Shown: positions 48,510-57,082 of the stretch, one piece after another
Layout of the letters: every line of letters starts with the position of its first letter
Numbering within the stretch: position 1 is the first letter of the stretch
Translations under genes and position numbers: made by a program
Source: a bacterium
Lineage (GTDB): Bacteria; SAR324; JACQKK01
Assembly: GCA_965205845.1 (NCBI GenBank)
Contig: CBDBIG010000003.1
Span: forward strand, 670,305 to 734,304
Reading direction: 5' to 3'
DNA: 64,000 nt
Notes under the pieces: model-generated
What the model saw: only the letters and a program-made list of their open reading frames with translations
Database searches by the model: none
What the model was told of the DNA's origin: nothing

Positions 48510-51500
48510 TTAGCTTAGGTTTTGCGATTTGTGTGTTTTGCTATGGCCAAGCACCCGTTGGCAGGCGAGCACAAAAGTGCCATTTTGCAATGCGTGGTGG
48601 CTTTGTGCATCCATGTAAAAATGGTCGCTAATTTCGCGGCCCACATTGGCCAAGGTAGCCTGGGGAACCTCCACTTGAAATGCATCAAACAACTGACTTA
48701 ATTGATAAAAAACAAAAGGCGCATCATGGAGCTGGATATGTATATAAGGCAGCCTTGTGGGTTTACGTTGATATCCTTCGGGGGTTTCTTGGACAGCGTA
48801 GCTTTTATCGTCTGCGGTATAAAAATGAATCCGAGGTTTTGCCCCAGTTGGCGCTGCACGATGAGAAGGAAACGCGTCGACACCTGGTGTACTCGAACCC
48901 TGATCGACGTCAGGGCTGGGAGACAATGTGGGTGGGGTAAGCAGCGGGGGCGGCACATTGCGAATGCTCCATTCCATGTCACGGTTCCACGATTGGGGCA
49001 AAGAATCGATCGCTGCGGTTTGAAAGGCATAACAATACCCTGTCGCACCCCCTTTAAACCGAACAGGATTAAACTTGCCATTTACAATGTTAATCGCATG
49101 CACGCTGCGGCGGCTGAGTGCATAGGCCACCCGCGTATGCGATTGTTTTAAATTGCGCGTAAAAATTAAAATTTCCGTAAGACCCGTGGCGCTATTGGGC
49201 ATCGAATCAACCAGGACATCATGGCTACGAAACCCCTCAAAACGCATGCTTTGCTTGGCCAATATGGCAGGTGGACAGCGCATAAGGTGGCGATTTGGAA
49301 ATGCATGAAAAAACCAATCTAACAATGCCCCTTCTTTTTGGCTTAACAACAACAAGGTGGGCTGGGGGAGCAAGGCTTGCATGCGCTCTGCAAAGCGTTT
49401 TTCCAAGTACTGGACTTTTTGGTCGTTTGAATCGCCCATGGTTACCTGCAATTGCAAAGCTTCTAGGTTGGCCACATGCCCTTGCAATTGCTGCCATACA
49501 TCGGGGGCGTGTTGGCGCAAAGGGGCATAAAGGGCAGGTCCCATCCCCTGTTCGATGCATTTTTGCACCATCAGCTGAAAGCGGGTTTCGTATTGTTGTT
49601 CATTTTTTTGCACATCCAAACGCTGGTTAATCAGCTCCAAGGCCTCGTTCTCATTGGGAAAACCACGCATCTCTTCGAGCATCATGCAGGTGCGGGCAAA
49701 ACGGTCGCGCAAGGCTTGCTGCTGCGGATAGTGTAAAGGGCCACACGCCCCCAAAGCGGCCAAGTTCATCATAAACAAAAGCAGCAGCGTTTCTAAGCGT
49801 TGTTCAACCAAGGCAAAGCAATGGGCAAGGGCTTCGTCGGTATAGCCCTTGTTGCCAAGCAATACCAAACTGCGGTGATGCAACACCAACAACGTGGCTT
49901 TTTCGCGCATTCCTTGCTGGGTAAACCCCATTTGTGCCATGCCGTGTTGCAAGCATTCGACCCCTGCTTGATGCTGCTTGGCCAGGTCTTCCATCGCTGC
50001 AATGCCACGCGTTCCTTCCAAGTTAGGATGGCTTTCAGGGGCCCCAAAATAGCAGCACACATGCAACAAGGCAGCGCATTTTAAGGCCAAAATATCCTCA
50101 TCACGCAACATCTCATGCCACTGGGGGTATTCTTCTGCCAGGGAATTGAGTTCAATTTGGATTTGGGCTAGGGCTAAAAAAGCGGTCTGATGCAAGGCTG
50201 TATGGCTTTGGTAAGGACCTTGTGGGTATTTGCGCGCAGAATCGATGACGGGCAAAAAGCAACCCAGCAAGCTGCTGGTATGCCAATCAAAAGGATTGGA
50301 GATGGCGCAGGTTTGCTCCAAAATATTCATGGCATGGGGTGCCAGCAAAATCTGCTGCCACCACGTATTTTCCTCGGCTGTAAGCGCAGGCAAAAGGGTT
50401 TTAGCGAGAGGCAGATGGGGAAGAATTTGGCACAAAGCATCTTGCAATGCTGGCGAGAAACACAAACCCGCTTGCGCTGCATGGGCTAGGGTTTCAAGCA
50501 AGGCCATGCGCGTTATGGTAGGTGGCACCAGCACCTTGGGTGTGGCTTTTATCCCTTGGAGTAAAGAGGCTTGCATGGCAGGGGTGGCAACGCCGTGTGT
50601 GGTGGTGGCCTCAATGGCCAAAATATGGCGTTGGGCGGGGTAAATATGGAGGGTTACATGGCTTAGCTGGGTGAGGGTGGTGGGTTCTAACGCGCGTTGA
50701 ATCAGGGTTTTGGCGGTATTGTGTGCCTGTTGCAATAGTTGATGCAACAAGCACCACCCTGCTCCAGGGTTGGTGGTGTGCGGGTGCTGTGTAAAGGGAG
50801 GCGGCATGGCCACGCGATTGCGCTTTGCTGCTGCCAAATCAAACAACTGCTGGGAACGTTTGCTACTTTCGTGCTGGGTAAAGTCCGTATGATGGGCACT
50901 ATTGGCGGCACGCATCACCCAGGCCAATTCAAGGGTACGCCCTAAATGTGCGCATTCCCATACCGAGAGCAACCCTTTTTTGTGGGCTGTTTGCAGCAAG
51001 CTGGCGGGGTGAAAATTGCCCTGGGAGGATCCCCAGGTGGCACCTGCCAACCACAGGGCGTTTTGAATGGCCCGCAAGCCCCCTTGCCCATTTTTTAAGC
51101 GCAAACCCCCTCCGCCACTGGGCTGCAGAGCAAGAGCGCTGAATTCTTGCATTTTTTTTTCAATGTACGCATTGCTGGGGAAAATATCCCAGACTTGTTG
51201 GCGTAATGCGCTCAAAATACCCACATCCCCCCCAAGGTTACGCCCTTCTAAAATGGAGGTTAAAGTGTGCAAGGTTTTAGGTTTGGTAAAGCGCGAAAGA
51301 TCCTCGCCCAGTTCAAAGTACTGGTGGGCAGGGTTAAGGCCTACCGCGCGCAAAATTTCTTGCATCCGCACCACCACCTCACGCAGCAGCAGCGTTTTTG
51401 CAGAGGAATACGCGCGATCGCTCCCCGTGGCACCATGCTCCGCCATGCCATCTTCTTCGAGAACGATACAAGAACCGAGATCAAGGTCGGAATCAAAGCA

Positions 51501-52292
51501 CAGTTCGCCGCGTCCATAGCCTCCACGGGCAAACATGCATAGCTGTGCATGAGCCCAGTGTGGTGTGGGTTCCCAATCATTGAGAGCTGCCACGGTATTT
51601 TCAAGGGCGTGTCGTCGTGCTGCCTCTTGTTTGGCTGCGTTGTTTTTGCGGGCACTTTGCGGTGTTTTTAGGGGCATCGCTTGGCGATTGATGTTGCTGC
51701 GTAAGCGGGCTATGGATACCTCGCGTGAACGGTTGAGGCTCGAGTGACTGCGTATTTTTTTTTGGCGCACGGTCGCCAACCCTTGCTGAGCTTGGGCAAG
51801 CATCACAAAACGCATGGCCTCAAGTTCATTTAGGGCCTGGGTATGTACAAATTGAAGCAGCCCGTCCAATGCCAAGGCCATATCATGAATGGGCGCCATG
51901 GCAATGGGGTGGCTTCGCAGAAAATTTTGGCGTAACGAGGCTTGAATTTTCTTCCAAGCAGCACCGCCTTCACGGGTTAGCAAAGTGGTTCGCGCCTCGA
52001 GCCATTGACACCAGTCGCTTTCGCTGTGGCAGGCCTTTGGCAAGGCTGCTAACTGCTCATCCAAGGTTTGCAGCAATTTTTGGGTGAACGAGACAACGGG
52101 AGTGCTGGCTGTCGCTTGATAACGTAAACCTTGCAGCAGTTCTGTGAGTGCTTGTTGGGGTTCCATAGAGAGCCATGGGAGTTGGGATGGAGGGGCATTT
52201 TTAAGAAGCAACACTCTAGCATAAAGTGTACTGTGTTTAAGCATGCTTGGCATTTGCGCCCGTTGTACCCGTGCCCAAACAGGTGCTGACAT
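48510..52292 (-). CDS. glnD: GlnD-like [protein-PII] uridylyltransferase family protein (nucleotidyltransferase, HD and C-terminal ACT-like domains), unusually long at 1260 aa.
   Basis: NTase motif FARGGYGRGELCFDSDLDLG, HD-like region (LKCAALLHVCCY), C-terminal ACT-like (HIQLHDAPFVFYQLSQLF). A ~250-aa N-terminal extension has no recognised motif. Confidence 0.6.
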   Translation of the reverse strand: MSAPVWARVQRAQMPSMLKHSTLYARVLLLKNAPPSQLPWLSMEPQQALTELLQGLRYQATASTPVVSFTQKLLQTLDEQLAALPKACHSESDWCQWLEARTTLLTREGGAAWKKIQASLRQNFLRSHPIAMAPIHDMALALDGLLQFVHTQALNELEAMRFVMLAQAQQGLATVRQKKIRSHSSLNRSREVSIARLRSNINRQAMPLKTPQSARKNNAAKQEAARRHALENTVAALNDWEPTPHWAHAQLCMFARGGYGRGELCFDSDLDLGSCIVLEEDGMAEHGATGSDRAYSSAKTLLLREVVVRMQEILRAVGLNPAHQYFELGEDLSRFTKPKTLHTLTSILEGRNLGGDVGILSALRQQVWDIFPSNAYIEKKMQEFSALALQPSGGGGLRLKNGQGGLRAIQNALWLAGATWGSSQGNFHPASLLQTAHKKGLLSVWECAHLGRTLELAWVMRAANSAHHTDFTQHESSKRSQQLFDLAAAKRNRVAMPPPFTQHPHTTNPGAGWCLLHQLLQQAHNTAKTLIQRALEPTTLTQLSHVTLHIYPAQRHILAIEATTTHGVATPAMQASLLQGIKATPKVLVPPTITRMALLETLAHAAQAGLCFSPALQDALCQILPHLPLAKTLLPALTAEENTWWQQILLAPHAMNILEQTCAISNPFDWHTSSLLGCFLPVIDSARKYPQGPYQSHTALHQTAFLALAQIQIELNSLAEEYPQWHEMLRDEDILALKCAALLHVCCYFGAPESHPNLEGTRGIAAMEDLAKQHQAGVECLQHGMAQMGFTQQGMREKATLLVLHHRSLVLLGNKGYTDEALAHCFALVEQRLETLLLLFMMNLAALGACGPLHYPQQQALRDRFARTCMMLEEMRGFPNENEALELINQRLDVQKNEQQYETRFQLMVQKCIEQGMGPALYAPLRQHAPDVWQQLQGHVANLEALQLQVTMGDSNDQKVQYLEKRFAERMQALLPQPTLLLLSQKEGALLDWFFHAFPNRHLMRCPPAILAKQSMRFEGFRSHDVLVDSMPNSATGLTEILIFTRNLKQSHTRVAYALSRRSVHAINIVNGKFNPVRFKGGATGYCYAFQTAAIDSLPQSWNRDMEWSIRNVPPPLLTPPTLSPSPDVDQGSSTPGVDAFPSHRAAPTGAKPRIHFYTADDKSYAVQETPEGYQRKPTRLPYIHIQLHDAPFVFYQLSQLFDAFQVEVPQATLANVGREISDHFYMDAQSHHALQNGTFVLACQRVLGHSKTHKSQNLS

Positions 52293-52756
52293 GCTCTAAG
52301 CATCAACCATAGGGTAATCTACGCTTCTTTATGCTAAAATCATGCTACGGCGGCGTTTTAGCAAGGCCGGAATATCCCAAAAAATGCAGTTTTTGTTGGC
52401 TACGTAAAACCACATTTGTGTTACCCTAGATCCTATTAAGGTGTGCTGTGTACGCGGGATTTGATATCGACCCACTTTCTGCCCGTACTAATGTGGACGC
52501 ACCTTGTTTTGCAACCCTCCCAATTGCAACCCTCCCAATTGCATGGCGTGCCAAGGGAATTGGGGATACGACCCTGGCCAAGGCAGCAGGTTGTTGAGGG
52601 TGCTAGGGATTGTGCTTGGGTTGGCGGGGGATGCCTAAATTTTGAACCATTTTTGTGGACTGCCATCCTTTCCGCACCATGGCACGACATAAAAAACAAC
52701 GGGGTTTTGCTATTTTTACACCATTGTCGCTTGTCACTACCCCCCATGCCCTTAGC

Positions 52757-52917
52757 CCTTAGATTGACCTTTTTAGAATAAATGCCTTTACAAAGTACTT
52801 GGCTATGCATAAATACCAAAGCCTTTGTGAGCCTTTTAAAAAAAGCATGAGCAAGCCCTTTGACCCCCGTTAAAAAAACCATCACTCCCCCTCAAATTGT
52901 TAAAAACTCAGAGAAAA
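52757..52917. repeat. Left copy of a ~160-bp direct repeat (rnr leader / 5' coding sequence) bracketing the MTase cassette.
   Basis: ctaccccccatgcccttagcccttagattgacctttttagaataaatgcctttacaaagtacttggctatgcataaataccaaagcctttgtgagcc... is ~93% identical to 54719-54900. Confidence 0.9.
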
Positions 52918-53840
52918 AATGGATTAACAAAATCCATACTGGTGATGCGCAAAAAATATTAAGGGACATGCCATCAGATTTTATTGATCTAAGTTTTTGG
53001 TCCCCGCCATATTTTGTAGGTAAGGAGTATGAGAAGTACCTATCTTTTGATGATTGGAAGAGACTGCTTGAAGGGGTTGTTTGTGGGCATGCCCGTGTTA
53101 TGAGGGACGGTGCTTTTATGGTGATAAACATCAACGATATTTTATGCTTTCCTGATCCGAGCATGCCTAGGTATATGTCTAACAATATTGGTAATAAGAG
53201 GGTACCCGTCACCAGGCAAGATGCATTAGATGCCAAACGTAAAAACCCTGATGCAAACCGTTATGAACTAGCAAAAATTCTTGGGTGTAGCGAACAAACT
53301 GTACAGCGCAGACTTGAGCATAACAATATACGTGGTGGGAAGCAGGCTACCGCCACAAAAGTTTTGTCAGTAGCTGGAATGCTACAAGCGTGGAGTGAAG
53401 CAGCGGGGCTCTATCTGTATGACCGCCGCATTTGGCATAAAGACCCATGCTGGGCAAATAGCCGATGGCATAGCAATTCATATAGATCGATTGATGAGTT
53501 TGAATATCTTTTCATATTCTGGAAACCAGGCATTGTTGACATTGACCGGTCTCGCCTTAAAAAAAACGAATGGGCTGAATGGGGGTCACGGGGGGTTTGG
53601 AATATAAAATCAATTCGCCACAATAACCGCCATGAGAGTGAATTTCCTGAAATGCTGGCGGAACGAGTTATACGCCTTTTGTCTAATCCTGAAGGTGTTG
53701 TGCTAGACCCGTTTGTTGGTTCCGGCACCACAACTGCCGTTGCCCGCCGCCTCAAACGCAGATATGTTGGCATAGACAGGCTTGATAAATATGCCGTAAT
53801 TGCCAGGGATAGAACGAATGCAATCGATAAAACGGATTGA
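52860..53840 (+). CDS. Beta-class DNA methyltransferase (SPPY...DPFVGSGTT) with an inserted HTH-like segment, in a lower-GC cassette.
   Basis: IDLSFWSPPYFVGKEYEK (motif IV region resembling the 6.5-kb pseudogene) ... EFPEMLAERVIRLL...VVLDPFVGSGTTTAVARRLKRRYVGID. The ORF opens at TTG inside the duplicated rnr leader; the first codons (TPVKKTITPPQIVKNSE) mirror the RNase R N-terminus. Confidence 0.85.
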   Translation: MTPVKKTITPPQIVKNSEKKWINKIHTGDAQKILRDMPSDFIDLSFWSPPYFVGKEYEKYLSFDDWKRLLEGVVCGHARVMRDGAFMVININDILCFPDPSMPRYMSNNIGNKRVPVTRQDALDAKRKNPDANRYELAKILGCSEQTVQRRLEHNNIRGGKQATATKVLSVAGMLQAWSEAAGLYLYDRRIWHKDPCWANSRWHSNSYRSIDEFEYLFIFWKPGIVDIDRSRLKKNEWAEWGSRGVWNIKSIRHNNRHESEFPEMLAERVIRLLSNPEGVVLDPFVGSGTTTAVARRLKRRYVGIDRLDKYAVIARDRTNAIDKTD

Positions 53841-54459
53841 GGATGCCGAGAGATCTTGCATCAGATTAGTGTCTCGCGCCCTACGAGATTATAGGGATAA
53901 GGCGGTTGAAATCTTCAGAGAAGAATCCGATAAACCTGGTAATATAGCAGAAGATGTAACAAGGGAAGCTATGGATGCTCTTGGTACGTCACGGGTTCCG
54001 ATACGGCTGTATGGTAAAGTTGATGATAAACGTGCCGCGATAGTCTTTTTGTCGGATAGAGAAGTTGAAGTCGCCATGATGGTTGACCCCAAAGCTGAGA
54101 AGGATGGAAATACCGCGACCATTCAAATGTCTCAGACATCAATGCAAATTAGGCAATATAGGCAGGGGGAGGAAATTTGTGTTAATGGTACGCTACCGCC
54201 GTTTATTGAAAGAGAAGGCAAAAAACTTCAAACCATAACCATAATTGTAAAATATATTTACACCGAAATAACGACGCAGAAGTTTATCTTGGAAAAGATT
54301 AAAGTCGCCTGCATACCTAACGGTCTACTTCAGGAAAGTTACAACCCCAATGCACAAGATGGTTTTTGGAGGGTAGGCCGTAATGCACCTTCATTGGGGG
54401 AGGATTTTCGGGTGCGCCTCTCATTTAGTGATCTTCAAAAAAAGCAGAATGGCGAGTAG
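53818..54459 (+). CDS. Unknown protein translationally coupled to the MTase; candidate cognate restriction endonuclease or other partner (unclassified).
   Basis: ATG at 53818 overlaps the MTase stop (53840) by 23 bp; 214 aa, lower GC, no recognised family. A possible PD-(D/E)xK-like stretch (VDDK...SDREVEVAMMVDPK) is speculative. Confidence 0.45.
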   Translation: MQSIKRIEDAERSCIRLVSRALRDYRDKAVEIFREESDKPGNIAEDVTREAMDALGTSRVPIRLYGKVDDKRAAIVFLSDREVEVAMMVDPKAEKDGNTATIQMSQTSMQIRQYRQGEEICVNGTLPPFIEREGKKLQTITIIVKYIYTEITTQKFILEKIKVACIPNGLLQESYNPNAQDGFWRVGRNAPSLGEDFRVRLSFSDLQKKQNGE

Positions 54460-54718
54460 TTGAGGTTTAAACAACTTCCAAATGGCAAATTTGAGGGGGA
54501 TATCAGACCATAAGCAAGAACAACTCACCTCAAAACCAATGATAGAGGCAAAACCTCACAGGTATTAACCGTTAAAAGCAAAACGTCGGGCAGGCGTGCG
54601 CATGCAAGCCTGCGCCCGAAAATTTGGCAACATGAATCTTGGATTAGGTCGCGGTGAGAAAAATTAGCGGCGCTTAATAACACAGAAAAAAATGTGACTT
54701 TGGTATATAATTCCCTCT

Positions 54719-54900
54719 TAACTACCCCCCATGCCCTTAGCCCTTAGATTGACCTTTTTAGAATAAATGCCTTTACAAAGTACTTGGCTATGCATAAATA
54801 CCAAAGCCTTTGTGAGCCTTTTAAAAACAGCATGAGCAGCCCTTTGACCCCCGTTAAAAAAACCGTCCCCCCCCTCGAAATTGTCAAAAATTCAGAGAAT
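54719..54900. repeat. Right copy of the ~160-bp direct repeat (authentic rnr leader and start).
   Basis: See the left copy. The right copy has intact atgagcagccctttgacccccgttaaaaaaacc (MSSPLTPVKK); the left copy has a 1-bp insertion (agcaagccc) that breaks that frame. Confidence 0.9.
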
Positions 54901-56973
54901 AACACATCTGCCCAAGAACAAACATGGGAGGGCCCTTTGTTTGTGCACCCTGGCGGCTTTGGTTTTTTGGAATGCGAGGAACGCCAGGAATCCTTGTTTA
55001 TTCCCGCACGTTTTATGAAGGGAGCCCTCGATGGCGACTGGGTGTTGGCGGGGCTCCTTCCGCCCGAAGCTAGGCGCGAGCGTGAGGCTGGGCAAGTGCT
55101 TGAAGTGCTGCGCCGCCGTTGCACCCGATTGGCTGCCCGCTTAGAGTGGGATCAAGGCGAATTATGGGCCCTGCCTTTTAATGCCAAACTCCCCGATGTA
55201 TGGGTAGAACCCGCCAGCATGCCCAAGGCCAAAGATGGCGATGTGGTCGAGGTGGAAATTCACTATTATCCGCAAGATTCGAAAGAGTCCCCCGAAGGGC
55301 GAGTAGCCAAAGCATTACCAAACAAGGACAACCCTTATGCATGGGCGCAGCGGGTTACCCTCGATCTTAATCCACCACTAGAATTTCCTAAAACGTGCTT
55401 GAAAGAGGCCTCCCAAGCCAGCGAGGGCATCACCTATAAAGGGCGTGAAGATTTATGCCATTTGCCTTTTGTTACCATTGATGGCGAGGATGCACGCGAT
55501 TTTGACGATGCCATTGCTTGGATAGCCAACAAAGAAGGCAGCCACGCAGGCGGCGTGTTGTATGTGGCCATTGCTGATGTGGCAGAATTGGTGGCACCCC
55601 GAAGTGCTATGGATGAGGAGGCCTGTACACGCGGATTTAGTTATTATTATCCGACCCACATGGTGCCCATGTTACCCGAGCGTCTGTGCACCGATTTATG
55701 CAGCCTACGCCCCCAGGTAGCACGCCACACCCTTACTTGCGAAATGCATTTGGATGCCCTGGGCAACACCCTGCAAAGCCGCGTGTTTGAAAGCGTGATT
55801 GAAAGCCGTGCAAGGCTAACCTATGCCCAAGTGATGCAATTATTTGAGACACAGCGCGCCAGCGGCCCCATTACCCAAGAAATCGCCAAGATGCTGTTCC
55901 GCTTGCGCCCTATGGCAAAAATCATGGAGCACATGCGTCAAAACCGTGGTGGGCTTCGCTTTACTTTTCCTGAAAGGCGCTTTGAAATCAACGACCAAGG
56001 GATGCCCGTCAACATTCACTTGGCATGGCCCAGCGAGAGCACCAAACTCATTGAACAGTGCATGCTTCAGGCGAACGAGGCGGTGGCAGAATACGCAGCC
56101 CAGCAAAAACTCCCGTTTTTACGTCGTGTACACGAAGCCCCTGCGGCCGATGCCTTGGCCACCTTGCAAGAAAATTTGGGCGCTTTTGGGATTCCTATCT
56201 CCCCCAAAGGGCTCGCCACCCCCGGGGTTTTGGGGCAGGTGCTTAAAGCCATTGCAAAGCACGATGCCCAAGAACGCCTCGAAATCATGGTGCTGCGCGC
56301 GTTGAAGCAAGCGCGCTATGCCGCGACATCTTTAGGGCATTTTGCCTTGGGCGCCCAGCATTACGCACATTTTACCTCGCCCATTCGACGCTACCCCGAC
56401 CTGTTGCTTCACCGCGTGCTTAAAGCCCATTTGCGCAAAGCCCCCAAAATCCCCCAGCTCCCTTCCCATGCGGGTTCGTTACTTTCCCAAGCGGAACGCG
56501 TGGCCGATGAAGCGAGTGGGCGCGTGAACAAGCTGTTTCAGGTGTTGTATATGGAAGGCTACCTTGGTAAAAGTTTTATGGCGACTGTGGCCAATATTTC
56601 CGACCAAGGGGCATGGCTGCGCTTACAAGACCCACCCGTTGAAGGCTTGCTCCCCTTGGTGCTTTTTCCCAAACAAACGCGCTACCAACAAGATGGCAAG
56701 TGTATTCTTGTGCCCAAGCAGCCAGCCATCGAAATTGGAACCTTGCTCGAATGCCAGCTGGTGCATGCCGAGCGCCAAAGCTATAGCCTTGAATTTTTGT
56801 ACGTTAAGCAGGTACCGTCCGCCGATCCCCCCAAAAAGCGAGCACTAAAACCGCCCAGCCCCGTGCTAAAAAAAAGAGCAAAAAGAGCCATCCCCAAAAG
56901 AATGCAGGCCTATAAGGGGAAGGGCACCCCCCATCCATCCCTAGCCTTATTTCGTTCTGGGGATACGCCATAA
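54832..56973 (+). CDS. rnr: Ribonuclease R (RNB-family 3'-5' exoribonuclease).
   Basis: N-terminal OB region (HPGGFGFLE), RNB catalytic domain (HFALGAQHYAHFTSPIRRYPDLLLHR), C-terminal S1 and basic tail. The ORF opens at 54784; the likely start is MSSPL at 54832. Confidence 0.9.
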   Translation: MSSPLTPVKKTVPPLEIVKNSENNTSAQEQTWEGPLFVHPGGFGFLECEERQESLFIPARFMKGALDGDWVLAGLLPPEARREREAGQVLEVLRRRCTRLAARLEWDQGELWALPFNAKLPDVWVEPASMPKAKDGDVVEVEIHYYPQDSKESPEGRVAKALPNKDNPYAWAQRVTLDLNPPLEFPKTCLKEASQASEGITYKGREDLCHLPFVTIDGEDARDFDDAIAWIANKEGSHAGGVLYVAIADVAELVAPRSAMDEEACTRGFSYYYPTHMVPMLPERLCTDLCSLRPQVARHTLTCEMHLDALGNTLQSRVFESVIESRARLTYAQVMQLFETQRASGPITQEIAKMLFRLRPMAKIMEHMRQNRGGLRFTFPERRFEINDQGMPVNIHLAWPSESTKLIEQCMLQANEAVAEYAAQQKLPFLRRVHEAPAADALATLQENLGAFGIPISPKGLATPGVLGQVLKAIAKHDAQERLEIMVLRALKQARYAATSLGHFALGAQHYAHFTSPIRRYPDLLLHRVLKAHLRKAPKIPQLPSHAGSLLSQAERVADEASGRVNKLFQVLYMEGYLGKSFMATVANISDQGAWLRLQDPPVEGLLPLVLFPKQTRYQQDGKCILVPKQPAIEIGTLLECQLVHAERQSYSLEFLYVKQVPSADPPKKRALKPPSPVLKKRAKRAIPKRMQAYKGKGTPHPSLALFRSGDTP

Positions 56974-57082
56974 GCGGTTCTTTTCAGCCTTGCCCGCAAA
57001 GGCTGGCCCAGCCACCACAACCATGGCAGTAGATCCTATTTAGAACGCAAACAAGAAGGCAATCTGCCACCAACCACTAGGG

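Noticed and set aside
48027-48518. ORF 48027..48518 (+), 163 aa, upstream of the glnD-like gene
   Set aside because: No motif, and it overlaps the glnD-like 3' end; possibly a spurious high-GC ORF. Not listed as a feature.
52436-52885. ORF 52436..52885 (-), 149 aa
   Set aside because: It lies across the left direct-repeat copy and intergenic DNA upstream of the MTase, and is antisense to the repeat-derived leader; no coding evidence.
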